Assembly: GCA_964402215.1 (NCBI GenBank)
Contig: CAYOAT010000003.1
Coordinates: 29,167 to 93,166, forward strand
Length of the DNA stretch: 64,000 nt
From: an uncultured Candidatus Saccharibacteria bacterium
GTDB lineage: Bacteria; Patescibacteriota; Minisyncoccia; Phycocordibacterales; JAACPR01
Direction: 5' to 3'
A model generated the notes under the pieces. The model worked only from the letters and a program-made list of their open reading frames with translations, was not told the DNA's origin and made no database searches. Positions 17,961-28,167 of this stretch are shown piece after piece (positions within the stretch are counted from its first letter, which is position 1; the number at the start of each line of letters is the position of its first letter). The position numbers were made by a program, and so were the translations under genes.

Positions 17961-17985
17961 AAGTTTATTTTTATTGTTTTCTTTG

Positions 17986-18363
17986 TGGAGATGGCGGGAA
18001 TCGAACCCACGTGCAAACAGAGCAAACATATGATTCTACAAAGCCTAGTTAATCTTTTTATTTCGATCTCAAGGCTTAAAGATAAACAGAACACCTTGAA
18101 ATTATAGTCCTTTGTTTTGAAATGAATTCGGACGTAAACATTTCTATCTCGATGATTGTCGCTTTATCTAACTTATCGAGCTTTGGTTAGTAAAACGTCG
18201 CTTAGGCTAAAGCGTAAGCGAATGCAAAATTGCCGACTTTACCGTAAGGTGAAGCTACAGCTTTTTGATTTTCTGCACTTAGTGTTTGTTGCCTTTTAAA
18301 GAGTTGCAACAGCTCTGCTTTGCACATATGTTATGCGTCTGCCTGTCTAAGCCGATCATCCCC
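17986..18363 (-). ncRNA. ssrA: tmRNA (SsrA)
   Basis: Minus strand: 5' GGGGATGATCGGCTTAGACAGG... and tRNA-like 3' end ...GGGTTCGATTCCCGCCATCTCCA. Internal tag-like reading frame ...AENQKAVASPYGKVGNFAFAYALA-TAA. Adjacent smpB. Confidence 0.75.
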
Positions 18364-18485
18364 GCACCATTGTTTAGCTTGATAACAAATATAAGTTTTT
18401 GAGTTCCTCCGCAGGGCGTAGCCTGAGGACTGGAACGAACAAAACTCATATTTGTGATCTCCTACACAACAATGCGCGAATGATC

Positions 18486-18935
18486 TTAACGCAATTTTTT
18501 CAAAGAACGACTCATCTCTCGATCTGCTTCACGACGTTTAATAGTTTCTCTTTTATCACGAGTCTTTTTTCCGCGTGCAACAGTAAACGAAAGTTTAATA
18601 TTTCGGCCTTTATTATACATCGAAATTGGGATAAGTGTCAACCCCTTCTCATTATCATAATCAACCAGTTTTTGCAGTTCGCGTTTTGTTAGCAAAAGTT
18701 TTCTAGTTCTCTTTGGATCGTATTCAATAGGAGAGTTATTTGGTTGGTAAAGCGGAATTTCTGCTCCGATTAAAAATGCTTCACCACCGCGAACAGCAAC
18801 ATAAGAACCCAAAATACTGCCTCTTTTATTTTTGACAGATTTTACTTCAATACCCAAAAGCTCAATTCCGGCTTCGAATTGATCCATCAAATCGTAATTC
18901 CATTTTGCTTTTCTGTTTTCCAGTAAATTTGTCAT
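18486..18935 (-). CDS. smpB: SsrA-binding protein SmpB
   Basis: ENRKAKWNYDL..EAGIELLGIEVKSVKN...DPKRTRKLLLTKREL...KGLTLIPISMY matches SmpB family blocks. Confidence 0.85.
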   Translation of the reverse strand: MTNLLENRKAKWNYDLMDQFEAGIELLGIEVKSVKNKRGSILGSYVAVRGGEAFLIGAEIPLYQPNNSPIEYDPKRTRKLLLTKRELQKLVDYDNEKGLTLIPISMYNKGRNIKLSFTVARGKKTRDKRETIKRREADREMSRSLKKLR

Positions 18936-19003
18936 ATTTTTACTTTCTCCATAGTAGCAATCAAACTTTCTATAATCAATTTTTTGTTGTAAGATAAAAA
19001 TCT

Positions 19004-20947
19004 ATGAACGATGAAAAACAGACTCCGAAATTAAAAATTAAGATTAAAAAAGCAGGGAAGGGACGCTTTGGCCAAACACCAAATGGTATCTGGGGGAATT
19101 TAATTACGACTATTCTTGTTATTTTTACGATTGTTTTTATTTATTCTTCAATTGCAGAAGGCACAAAGAATCAAGAAGAAATTGCCTTGTCAAAACTTAC
19201 CCAGGATATCAAATCTGGAATTGTTGAAACTATCACAATTCGTGGAGACGAAGTCGAAGCAAAATACAAAGACAGTGAAATAATTCGAACTACAAAGAAA
19301 GAAGCCGCAGCATCTTTTTCAGAAACTCTTGTGGACTACGGTTTAACTGCAGAAGAAATTTCAAAAGTTACTATTGATATAAAAAATGAGACAGGTTTTG
19401 GCTACTGGTTTTACAATTTAGCACCATTTTTACTTCCACTATTTTTCGTTCTCTTTTTAATTTGGTATTTAACACGACAAGTTAAAGGTGCTGGCATGCA
19501 GGCGTTTACCTTTGGTCAAACAAACGCACGTTTAGTAAATCCAAAAGATAAAAGCAAAGTTACGTTTAAAGATGTCGCTGGCGCAAAGGAAGCCAAAGAA
19601 GAATTGATGGAAATTGTTGATTTCTTAAAAAATCCTAAAAAGTTTTTGGACATCGGCGCGCAGATTCCAAAAGGAATTCTGCTTATGGGTGCTCCTGGTA
19701 CAGGAAAAACTTTACTTGCTCGTGCGACCGCCGGGGAAGCCGGTGTCTCATTCTTTTCTGTTTCTGGTTCTGAATTCGTCGAAATGTTTGTCGGTGTTGG
19801 TGCAAGCCGTGTTCGTGATTTATTTAAATTAGCAAAATCTGCTTCGCCAGCCATAATTTTTATTGATGAAATAGATGCTGTTGGCCGCGCTCGTGGAGTT
19901 GGTGTTGGTGGTGGAAATGATGAAAGAGAACAAACTTTGAATCAAATATTGGTTGAAATGGATGGTTTTGAACCGGCTGACAAAGTTATTGTTATGGCTG
20001 CGACAAATAGACCAGATGTTTTGGATCCAGCAATTTTACGACCAGGACGATTTGATCGTCGCGTTACTATTGATTTACCTGATCGAAAAGATCGTGAAGA
20101 TATTTTGAAAGTTCATGCGTTGAATAAACCTCTTGCTGAAGATGTAAATTTCATTGTTTTAGCAGAAAGAACACCAGGATTTTCTGGAGCAGATTTGTAT
20201 TCAATGGTTAACGAAGCAGCAATTCTTGCGGCACGTGAAAGTCGAAAGAAAGTCGCACAATTTGATTTAATCCGTTCGATTGAAAAAGTTATGCTTGGTC
20301 CAGAACGTCGCAGCCACTTACTTTCTGAGAAAGAAAAGAAAATTACGGCATATCACGAAGCGGGGCACGCATTAGTTGCTTCACTACTACCAAATTCTGA
20401 TCCGGTTCATAAAATTTCTATTATTGCTCGTGGTCGCGCAGGTGGTTACACAATTAAACTGCCATCAGAAGATCGAAAATTACAATCACGCAAAGAATTT
20501 TTGGATGATTTGGTTATGACACTTGGTGGTTATGTTACCGAACAAATGATTTTTGGTGATATCACAACTGGTCCATCAAATGATTTACAAGTGGCGACAT
20601 CTTTGGCACGCGATATGGTAACCAGATTTGGAATGTCAGAAAAATTTGGACCAATCGCCCTGGAAGGAAACGGTGGACGTACAATTTTTGGTCACGGAGT
20701 CGCTGATAAAGAATACGCAGATAAATTTGGTGATGAAATTGATAATGAAGTTTCAAAAATGTTATCAACCGCAAGAACTCATGCCGAAAAACTTCTTTCT
20801 GAAAATAAAATAGTTTTGGATGCAATTGCCAATAAATTATTAGAAGTTGAAACCCTTGAAAGAGAAGAATATGAAAAATTATTAGCGGTTCACGGAATTA
20901 CTGTTCACGACTCACGAAAAGATAAAGATAGTTTAAATTTAAATTAA
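19004..20947 (+). CDS. ftsH: ATP-dependent zinc metalloprotease FtsH
   Basis: N-terminal TM pair. AAA Walker [14 protein letters not shown], Walker [21 protein letters not shown] zinc motif. Confidence 0.95.
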   Translation: MNDEKQTPKLKIKIKKAGKGRFGQTPNGIWGNLITTILVIFTIVFIYSSIAEGTKNQEEIALSKLTQDIKSGIVETITIRGDEVEAKYKDSEIIRTTKKEAAASFSETLVDYGLTAEEISKVTIDIKNETGFGYWFYNLAPFLLPLFFVLFLIWYLTRQVKGAGMQAFTFGQTNARLVNPKDKSKVTFKDVAGAKEAKEELMEIVDFLKNPKKFLDIGAQIPKGILLMGAPGTGKTLLARATAGEAGVSFFSVSGSEFVEMFVGVGASRVRDLFKLAKSASPAIIFIDEIDAVGRARGVGVGGGNDEREQTLNQILVEMDGFEPADKVIVMAATNRPDVLDPAILRPGRFDRRVTIDLPDRKDREDILKVHALNKPLAEDVNFIVLAERTPGFSGADLYSMVNEAAILAARESRKKVAQFDLIRSIEKVMLGPERRSHLLSEKEKKITAYHEAGHALVASLLPNSDPVHKISIIARGRAGGYTIKLPSEDRKLQSRKEFLDDLVMTLGGYVTEQMIFGDITTGPSNDLQVATSLARDMVTRFGMSEKFGPIALEGNGGRTIFGHGVADKEYADKFGDEIDNEVSKMLSTARTHAEKLLSENKIVLDAIANKLLEVETLEREEYEKLLAVHGITVHDSRKDKDSLNLN

Positions 20948-21013
20948 AATTTTGTTGAAATATTAAAAAAGAGACGGGCCTTGTGGCTCGCCTCTTTGCG
21001 TTTGCTTTGGCGA

Positions 21014-21283
21014 TTATGACGCCGCAGCAGAAAGTGGTGTGATGTCAAAACAGTACCAGAATCGCTGAACCGTCGGCCAATATCCGCAGCCGATCAGCAT
21101 CTGAGCGGTTTTAGAGCTGAGTTTTTGGCACTTATTAGCGTGAAGTGCACAGATCAGATAGATAATCCGATTTGATGTGATCAAACTTTGGGCGAACTCG
21201 TCAACAATGTCAACGGTAAGACGATACTTCGCGCCGATCGGATCAGTGACGATAAACTTTCGTTTGGGTATTACTTCTAGCAT
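21014..21283 (-). CDS. Hypothetical protein
   Basis: 89 aa ORF, locally GC-richer. No recognised motif. Confidence 0.2.
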   Translation of the reverse strand: MLEVIPKRKFIVTDPIGAKYRLTVDIVDEFAQSLITSNRIIYLICALHANKCQKLSSKTAQMLIGCGYWPTVQRFWYCFDITPLSAAAS

Positions 21284-21382
21284 GACATCCGCCTTTCATT
21301 TGGTTTGTGGAATGAACGTTTCAGCCACAAATTCTACATATAAAAGTAAAGATGTCAATTTCTTCATTAGACAACAAAATTG

Positions 21383-21455
21383 TGCACCAGCTAGGACTCG
21401 AACCTAGGACCACCGAGGTATAAGCTCGGCGCTCTACCAACTGAGCTACTGGTGC
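21383..21455 (-). tRNA. tRNA with anticodon UAU (reads AUA; tRNA-Ile(UAU)-type)
   Basis: rc = GCACCAG TA GCTC AGTTGGTA GAGC G CCGAG CTTATAC CTCGG TGGTC CTAGG TTCGAGT CCTAG CTGGTGC A. Clean cloverleaf; loop C-U-UAU-A-C. Confidence 0.7.
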
Positions 21456-21502
21456 ATTCAGCGCTTTTGATTCTATTATTTTAGAGTGAGGATGTAAAGG
21501 TT

Positions 21503-21940
21503 TTAGTCAATATTCATTAAAAGTGCTCGATCTGTTTCTGCAATAACTTTTCTTATAATCTCTCTTAATTCATCTATTGCAGCAAATTCTCCAATTGGCC
21601 CTGTTGTTAATTCAACTTGCAATTGATTTATCATTTGGCCACGATTAATCTCTACACCTTTTTTACCTCCGCTTAAAGTCATTCTTGCTTTTTCGTAATA
21701 TTCTTTAAGTCTAGGATTTTTTTCAATCTGAAATCTAACCATTTTTTGTTCAACTGCGCCCAAGAGTGAAGCAATACCAGTCTGTGGTCGTTCCAATAAT
21801 TTTTCCTGAGTAGGGTCTCGTTCTGGTATTTCTGCAGTAACTCCTTCTACAACATTTGGTAGGTCATCTCCTTCAGGAAGTAATTCTTCTTCTCCAATTT
21901 TATCAATTCCTGGTTTTCTAATATCTTTTTCGAATGACAT
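21503..21940 (-). CDS. Hypothetical protein
   Basis: 145 aa acidic N-terminus. No recognised domain. Upstream of recG in same orientation. Confidence 0.3.
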   Translation of the reverse strand: MSFEKDIRKPGIDKIGEEELLPEGDDLPNVVEGVTAEIPERDPTQEKLLERPQTGIASLLGAVEQKMVRFQIEKNPRLKEYYEKARMTLSGGKKGVEINRGQMINQLQVELTTGPIGEFAAIDELREIIRKVIAETDRALLMNID

Positions 21941-21993
21941 AAATTTTTAATAGTTATTAATAAACTAATCCTATCAAAAAACAGTAATCTCTA

Positions 21994-24165
21994 CTATTCA
22001 AAATGTATAAAGCTTCTAGAATTTATCTTTTCCAATAATTTAGGAAAAGTTTTCAATTCGGCATCTTGTTCGATAATATTTTTTGCTTCAATCTGAGCAG
22101 CCTCAACCATTTTTATATTTTTAATAGCTTCCATTCCGATATCAGAAATACCCCATTGTTTTATTCCAGCAAGTTCACCGGCGCCCCTGATTCCCAGATC
22201 CAGCTCCGCTAATTCAAATCCATTTTTTGCGGTTTTAATAGCCCGTAATCTTTTAATTGAATTCTCTGTTTTTGAATCCGTGAAAATAAAACAAAATGAC
22301 TGATAATTACTGCGCAAAACCCGACCGCGTAATTGATGCAATTGTGCGAGACCAAATCTATCAGCACCTTCAATAATAATCATCGTCGCATTTGGAATAT
22401 TTACACCGACTTCAATAACAGAAGTAGAAACCAAAATATCAATCTCAGCATTCTCAAAGCTTTTCATGATATTTTCTTTTTCTGTTGGGCTCATTTTGCT
22501 GTGAATTTCAGCAATTTCTAAATTAGGAAAAACTTCTTCACGTAGTCTTTTAGCTTCAGCTTTTACTGATTTTGCATACAAAGCTCCAATTTTCTTTTCA
22601 TCCGGCTCATCAATTCTTGGACAAATTATAAAAGCTTGTCGGCCACTCGCAATTTCTTTTTTCATTTTTTCATAAACATTTTGTCTTTCTTCCGGTAAAA
22701 CAATTTCTGTAATCACGGGTTTTCTTCCTGCTGGCATTTGATCAAGTAAAGTTAAATCCAGATCTCCATAAACTGTTAGTGACAAAGTGCGGGGAATAGG
22801 AGTCGCAGTCATTGATAACAAATGTGGGATAGCCTCGTCTTTTTGGGCTAATTTTCTTCTTTGCTCAGTTCCAAAACGATGTTGCTCGTCAATAATTACC
22901 AGTCCTAAATGTTTAAATTTAATACTTTTTTGAATCAAAGCGTGTGTTCCAACAACAATTGGGATTTCACCGTTTTCAACCCATTTCGACAATTGTTGGC
23001 GTGAAATTTTTGTAGCTTCTCGGGGATTAACTTTTGAAGGGAATTTATAACAATTTGACCCCGTAATTAAGCCAACTTGAATTCCACTTCCTGTGAAATA
23101 TCGAACAAAATTTTCGAAATGTTGTTTGGCCAAAATTTCTGTTGGAACCATATAGGCAGTTTGTAAATTGCCGTGTTGGCGACCATGGGGCGTACAGTTT
23201 GTCACGGCGTAGACGGCGGCAGCTGCAACAGCAGTTTTTCCAGAACCGACATCTCCCTCAAGAAGTCGTGACATTGGGTAATCTTTTTTCATGTCATCCA
23301 AAATTGTTTTTATTGATAATTCCTGGGCAGCAGTTAAAGCGAAAGGGTATTTATCGGTGAACTTTTTTACATCTTTTAATGTAGTTATGACTCTATGTGA
23401 TTTTATTTTTTTTATTTCGGCTCTTTGTTTCTGTTTTTGTAGTTGTATATAGAAAATTTCCTCAAAGGCAAATCTTTTTCTGGCAGAAATCGCGTCGGTT
23501 TCTTTTTTGGGGCTGTGAATCCAAATCAAGGAAGTTTTTAAGGATGGTAAATTATATTTATTAAGAATTTCTTCTGGTAGAGAATCGGAAATCTCATCCA
23601 GAATTCCGGATTTCAAAATTTTTTGAACAGTATGAAAAAACCAATTTGAAGTAATTCCTCGTGATTCCGAATATACTGGATGGAGAGTTGTTGAATTATC
23701 TTCAAATTTTGATTCATTTGAAAAAAGCGAACCACTTGCTGAGTCAGGGATATTCGAAACTCGTTCAATTTGAGGATTTGGAATAGAGAAAAAGTTTCCA
23801 GTTTTTTTATTGCTAACTGTTCCTTCAACACGAACTAACTCCCCGTCATGAAACATTTTTGCAATGTAGGGCTGGCTAAACCAAATTAATTTTGCAGAAC
23901 CAGTTTCGTCGGAAATTGTAGCTCTGGCGATAGGGAGGCGCCCATGAAAAGTTTTACCTGTATCCAATGATTTAATTTCTCCATAAATCATGACTTTCTT
24001 TCCGGCCGCTAAACTATCTATTTTTATTTGCTCAAAATTTTCTCCATATTTGTTTGGGAAATGATAAAGAACGTCCGCAATAGTTTCTATTTGCAGTTTT
24101 GCCAGCGCTTTTTTTTGAGGTGTCAAAAGTCTAAAAGTATTTTCAACTTTATCGGTTAGATTCAT
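21994..24165 (-). CDS. recG: ATP-dependent DNA helicase RecG
   Basis: Wedge/OB N-domain. Helicase motifs GDVGSGKTAVAAAA, DEQHRFG, SMTATPIPRT, QLHQLRGRV. Confidence 0.9.
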   Translation of the reverse strand: MNLTDKVENTFRLLTPQKKALAKLQIETIADVLYHFPNKYGENFEQIKIDSLAAGKKVMIYGEIKSLDTGKTFHGRLPIARATISDETGSAKLIWFSQPYIAKMFHDGELVRVEGTVSNKKTGNFFSIPNPQIERVSNIPDSASGSLFSNESKFEDNSTTLHPVYSESRGITSNWFFHTVQKILKSGILDEISDSLPEEILNKYNLPSLKTSLIWIHSPKKETDAISARKRFAFEEIFYIQLQKQKQRAEIKKIKSHRVITTLKDVKKFTDKYPFALTAAQELSIKTILDDMKKDYPMSRLLEGDVGSGKTAVAAAAVYAVTNCTPHGRQHGNLQTAYMVPTEILAKQHFENFVRYFTGSGIQVGLITGSNCYKFPSKVNPREATKISRQQLSKWVENGEIPIVVGTHALIQKSIKFKHLGLVIIDEQHRFGTEQRRKLAQKDEAIPHLLSMTATPIPRTLSLTVYGDLDLTLLDQMPAGRKPVITEIVLPEERQNVYEKMKKEIASGRQAFIICPRIDEPDEKKIGALYAKSVKAEAKRLREEVFPNLEIAEIHSKMSPTEKENIMKSFENAEIDILVSTSVIEVGVNIPNATMIIIEGADRFGLAQLHQLRGRVLRSNYQSFCFIFTDSKTENSIKRLRAIKTAKNGFELAELDLGIRGAGELAGIKQWGISDIGMEAIKNIKMVEAAQIEAKNIIEQDAELKTFPKLLEKINSRSFIHFE

Positions 24166-24195
24166 TAGCTTGATATTACCATTCGAAAATGACTT

Positions 24196-24444
24196 TTAAA
24201 ACTCGTCTTTCTTTCTTCTTTTCTCAATATATTTTTGAATTTTCTCGCGCATTGCAATTTTTGGAAATATCATTTTTAGTCCAACAAGAAAAACCAAACC
24301 AAACGGAGTGAATGGGGTAATAATTGCGATTAGGCCGATTACAATAAAAATCCAGCCAATTATTTTTCGAGTGGTTTTATTCTGTGGTTTGTCCATCAAA
24401 TTCTGCGTCGTTTGCTTCGGCTTCTTCTTTAGTAGCTCTAACAA
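24196..24444 (-). CDS. Small membrane protein
   Basis: 82 aa, one central hydrophobic hairpin, basic tails. Overlaps the 3' end of the cupin gene. Confidence 0.25.
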   Translation of the reverse strand: MLELLKKKPKQTTQNLMDKPQNKTTRKIIGWIFIVIGLIAIITPFTPFGLVFLVGLKMIFPKIAMREKIQKYIEKRRKKDEF

Positions 24445-24775
24445 TTCCGTCTTTGTGGTGTGCGGGGGAATAAATAGTGTAAAGTTTCAAATCTTCGGTT
24501 TCAGAAATATTTATAATATTGTGTTGTGCGCCGGCAGGAACGACGATGGCGCTGCCATCTTCTAAGTTATAACTATTACCATCTATAATGCATTGTCCTT
24601 GACCTTTTTCAAAACGAAAGAATTGATCATTGTCGGTGTGAACTTCCATTCCAATTTCTTCTTTTGGTTTTAAACTCATTAAAACTAACTGGCTGTTTTT
24701 ACCGGTATATAAAACTTTTCTAAAATTATTATTTTCTAATGTATCTTTTTCTATATTTCCCGAAAATCCTTTCAT
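24377..24775 (-). CDS. Cupin-domain protein
   Basis: G..EVHTDNDQFFRFEKGQGQCIIDGNSYNLEDGSAIVVPAGAQHNIIN: two-His/Glu cupin motifs. Confidence 0.6.
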   Translation of the reverse strand: MKGFSGNIEKDTLENNNFRKVLYTGKNSQLVLMSLKPKEEIGMEVHTDNDQFFRFEKGQGQCIIDGNSYNLEDGSAIVVPAGAQHNIINISETEDLKLYTIYSPAHHKDGIVRATKEEAEANDAEFDGQTTE

Positions 24776-24839
24776 GTTTTTATTTAGTTATATTAATAAC
24801 AATATTCGAATTGTATGATAATTCTTCTTTTTTTCAAAA

Positions 24840-25175
24840 TTAGGCAATTGAAAGTAATACGACTGCAATTATTGCAAAAATTATTCCAGCTATACCAAAC
24901 GCATTTAATTTTTCACCAAAAACCATGATACCTATTAGCACGGTAAGAGCCAAACTTAACACTGACCAAGTTGTTCCTACTATTGAAAGTTGATTTTTTT
25001 GCATTAGCGCCGGCAGCCAAGCTAATAAACTTAAGGTATTAACGATAATTAATAGAAAAATGAACGAAAAACTGGGTGCCAACGCAAATTTCTTTGATAA
25101 AAATTCTCCGGCAGCAAAAAATAGTGCTGATATAAGAAGCCAAGCCATAACTGGCATTGCGAAAATAAAATTCAT
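24840..25175 (-). CDS. Small EamA/SMR-like membrane transporter (4 TM)
   Basis: Probable start MNFIFAMPV. 111 aa, four helices, paralog-like to 425..874. Confidence 0.4.
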   Translation of the reverse strand: MNFIFAMPVMAWLLISALFFAAGEFLSKKFALAPSFSFIFLLIIVNTLSLLAWLPALMQKNQLSIVGTTWSVLSLALTVLIGIMVFGEKLNAFGIAGIIFAIIAVVLLSIA

Positions 25176-25239
25176 TTCCAGATTATAGCACGGCCCCAAG
25201 TATTTTTAATTATGACGTTACGAACTTTTCGATCAGTTG

Positions 25240-25327
25240 CGGAGAGTGTGGGATTCGAACCCACGAGGGCTTTAAGACCCTACCTCGTTAGCAGTGAGGC
25301 GCTTTCGGCCAGCTCAGCCAACTCTCC
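25240..25327 (-). tRNA. tRNA-Ser (anticodon GCU)
   Basis: rc = GGAGAGTTGGCTGAGCTGGCCGAAAGCGCCTCACTGCTAACGAGG + long variable arm TAGGGTCTTAAAGCCCTCG + TGGGTTCGAATCCCACACTCTCC G. Confidence 0.85.
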
Positions 25328-25382
25328 AAAAATTCCTAGAATAGTCTATAATAAACATAATTATCATTAAAGTCCAAACAAT

Positions 25383-25658
25383 ATGAATATGAACGAACAA
25401 ATAATGGGGAATATCTTTAGTCTTACAGGAAATATTGGCACAGACTTAGCAATTTTTATTCTCATGTTGCTGTGGGTTTTTTTCTGGAAGGGGCGCGCAT
25501 TATGGGTTGCCGCGAAACAAAATTCTGTTAAATGGTTTATGGTTTTATTTGTTGTGCAAACCGCCGGAATTTTAGAAATACTTTATATATTTATTTTTAG
25601 TGATAAGGAAACAAAAATTGAAAACATAGATTCTGGTGATATTAATGCGCAACAGTAA
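25383..25658 (+). CDS. Small membrane protein
   Basis: 91 aa, two helices. Confidence 0.25.
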   Translation: MNMNEQIMGNIFSLTGNIGTDLAIFILMLLWVFFWKGRALWVAAKQNSVKWFMVLFVVQTAGILEILYIFIFSDKETKIENIDSGDINAQQ

Positions 25659-26268
25659 AAGATAAAACTTTTTTTGCGCCACTGCCAATAATAATATTTA
25701 CTAGTTCAGTTAAAGTTGCGCCTGTTGTTAAAACATCATCAACAATAATTACATTTTTATTTTTTAATAATTCCACTTTCACTATTGAAAAAACACCCTT
25801 CATATTTTCTATTCTTTCTTTTCTGTTGCTCCACGATTGTTTTTGCTTGTAAATAATTCTATTAACTGCCCCGGGTTCATATTGTAAGAACTTTCCTTGA
25901 TCAATTTTCATTATTTCTTCACAAATCCATTCACATTGGTTAAAACCACGTTCTTTTCGACGTTTTTTATGAATAGGAACGGGAATAATAATATAGCGTA
26001 ATTTCTTATCTATTATTTCAAAAATTTTGTCATATAAAAATTTTCCACAATATTCCGCGTACTTTCTTTGTCCATTAAATTTAATTTGCCACAGCATTTC
26101 TTTTATCAAAAGATCTTTGTAAGCAAATATTGACCAAATATTTTTATTAGTAGAATTTTTTTTCTGACACTTTGTAAATATTTCCTCCATAGATAGGGAA
26201 TCAAGCTCTTTTGCTATCTTTGATAGCGGAAACAACAGATCTAATAACAACCTGATGATTTTTTTCAT
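25642..26268 (-). CDS. comFC: ComF family phosphoribosyltransferase-domain protein (ComFC-like)
   Basis: IIPVPIHKKRRKERGFNQ ... VIIVDDVLTTGATL PRTase motif. Divergent from pilM. Confidence 0.7.
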   Translation of the reverse strand: MKKIIRLLLDLLFPLSKIAKELDSLSMEEIFTKCQKKNSTNKNIWSIFAYKDLLIKEMLWQIKFNGQRKYAEYCGKFLYDKIFEIIDKKLRYIIIPVPIHKKRRKERGFNQCEWICEEIMKIDQGKFLQYEPGAVNRIIYKQKQSWSNRKERIENMKGVFSIVKVELLKNKNVIIVDDVLTTGATLTELVNIIIGSGAKKVLSFTVAH

Positions 26269-26298
26269 AGACCTATGTTATAATTTAGTAGATTAATC

Positions 26299-27405
26299 AT
26301 GAGCAGTTTTCTTGATAATTTCTTTAATAGTTTTTCAAAAAAAGCCGAGGAAAGCGCCATCGGTATTGACATTGGGTCTTCTTCTATAAAAGTTGTTGAA
26401 ATTAAAAAACGAAACGATCGTGCGGTTCTTCATACATATGGTGAAATTGCTCTTGGGCCATATGCGGGGATAGAGGTTGGTCGTGCTACAAAACTTCAAC
26501 CCGATCAAATTGTTCAGGCCCTAAATGATGTATTAAAAGAATCAAATGTTTCAACTCGAATTGGTGCCATTTCAATACCGATGCGATCCAGCATGGTTTC
26601 AATTTTCAGTATGCCAATTATGGACAACAAACAATTGGCTGAAATGATTCCAATTGAAGCTAGAAAATATATTCCAGTTCCGATCGGCGAGGTTACTTTG
26701 GATTGGTTTATTATTCCTGAAGATCCAAATTCTGAAGTTGATAAGAAACACCGAAAATTTGTTGAGGCAATGGTTGTAGCAATTCATAATGATGTTTTGG
26801 CAGACTATAGCAACATCGCAAAAAATGCCCAAGTTCAAACTTCATTTTTCGAAGTTGAAATGTTCTCGACAATTCGCGCCGTTGTTGATTCAACAGACAA
26901 TGCGCCAGTCATGATTATTGATATCGGCGCCTCTGCAACAAAAGTTTATATTGCGGAACGTGGAGTGATTAGAGATTCTCATACTATTAATCGTGGATCA
27001 CAAGAAATTACTTTAAATATTGCCCAAGCTATGGGAATAAATATTGATTTTGCCGAAAAGATAAAAAGAAATTATGGATTTAATGAACAAAAACAAGATC
27101 AGTTGTTAAAAGAAACAATTGATTGGATTTTTGATCCAATCTTTTTGGAGATCAAAGATATTTTATTAGAGTTTCAAAGAAAAAATAACAAGATTGTCTC
27201 ACGTGCGATTCTTGCAGGTGGTGGTGGATTACTAAATGGTCTTGCGATGAAAGCACAAACTAAAATGGAAATTGAAACTGTAAATGCTGATCCTTTTTCA
27301 AAAGTAGAAGCTCCAGCCTTTTTGACTGACGTATTAAGACAAACAGGAGCAAGTTTTACAACCGCCATAGGATTGGCTCTCAGAAAATTACAAGAAATGG
27401 ATTAA
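26299..27405 (+). CDS. pilM: Type IV pilus assembly protein PilM (actin-like ATPase fold)
   Basis: IGIDIGSSSIKVVEIKK N-terminus. 368 aa. First gene of pilMNO cluster. Confidence 0.85.
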   Translation: MSSFLDNFFNSFSKKAEESAIGIDIGSSSIKVVEIKKRNDRAVLHTYGEIALGPYAGIEVGRATKLQPDQIVQALNDVLKESNVSTRIGAISIPMRSSMVSIFSMPIMDNKQLAEMIPIEARKYIPVPIGEVTLDWFIIPEDPNSEVDKKHRKFVEAMVVAIHNDVLADYSNIAKNAQVQTSFFEVEMFSTIRAVVDSTDNAPVMIIDIGASATKVYIAERGVIRDSHTINRGSQEITLNIAQAMGINIDFAEKIKRNYGFNEQKQDQLLKETIDWIFDPIFLEIKDILLEFQRKNNKIVSRAILAGGGGLLNGLAMKAQTKMEIETVNADPFSKVEAPAFLTDVLRQTGASFTTAIGLALRKLQEMD

Positions 27406-27475
27406 ATCCACAGTAATTGCTGAATAATTTCCTTGCTTTGTAAAATTTGTAGTATAATTAAAAATAGTAAAGCAC

Positions 27476-28162
27476 ATGACTGATCAAAATTTTAAAACTT
27501 CTTTTATACCAACAAAACCAATTCAGCCTGTTAGCCGCGGCGGCCGACTGGGAGGAGGACATGGTAATTTTCTTAACATTATTACTTTAGGTATTTTTAT
27601 TCTCTCAATTGTTCTGTCTGGTGGGGTTTTTGGATATAAATTTATTCTTGAAAAAAATTATGATGACGGAATAGAAGAACTAGAGAATGTGAAAAAATCT
27701 CTTGATACTCCACTTGTAAATGAGGCGGACAGACTTAATAATAGAATCAATAGTGTAAAATCTATATTTGATAGTCACTTGGCTCCTTCAAGATTGATTA
27801 CTCTATTAGAATCAAAGACCTTAAAGACTATTCAGTTTAATAGTTTATCATTTAGAAAAGAAGCGGACGGAAGTTTTAAAATTACTGCTGATGGAATTGC
27901 AAATGACTATGGATCAATTGTTGCCCAATCCGAACAATATGGAAAAACTACTTTCTTAAAAGACGTTCTATTTTCTGGATTACAGCCAAATTCACAAGGT
28001 GGTGTTAATTTTGTTCTTGATGCCATTGTTGATCAACCTTTAATTTCATTTAAAAAGAAAGTGGAAGATTTAAACAGTGGCACTCCAACTGAGCCAGTCA
28101 GTAACAGTCCTTCGAAAGGTGATAGTTTTGAATTTCCTAACGGAACGTCGACTAATAATTAA
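27476..28162 (+). CDS. pilN: PilN-like bitopic membrane protein
   Basis: Single N-terminal TM after short cytoplasmic tail. Position between pilM and pilO. Confidence 0.5.
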   Translation: MTDQNFKTSFIPTKPIQPVSRGGRLGGGHGNFLNIITLGIFILSIVLSGGVFGYKFILEKNYDDGIEELENVKKSLDTPLVNEADRLNNRINSVKSIFDSHLAPSRLITLLESKTLKTIQFNSLSFRKEADGSFKITADGIANDYGSIVAQSEQYGKTTFLKDVLFSGLQPNSQGGVNFVLDAIVDQPLISFKKKVEDLNSGTPTEPVSNSPSKGDSFEFPNGTSTNN

Positions 28163-28167
28163 ATGAT

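Noticed and set aside
19516-19854. Minus-strand 112-aa ORF inside ftsH
   Set aside because: It is antisense to a strongly supported ftsH AAA domain.
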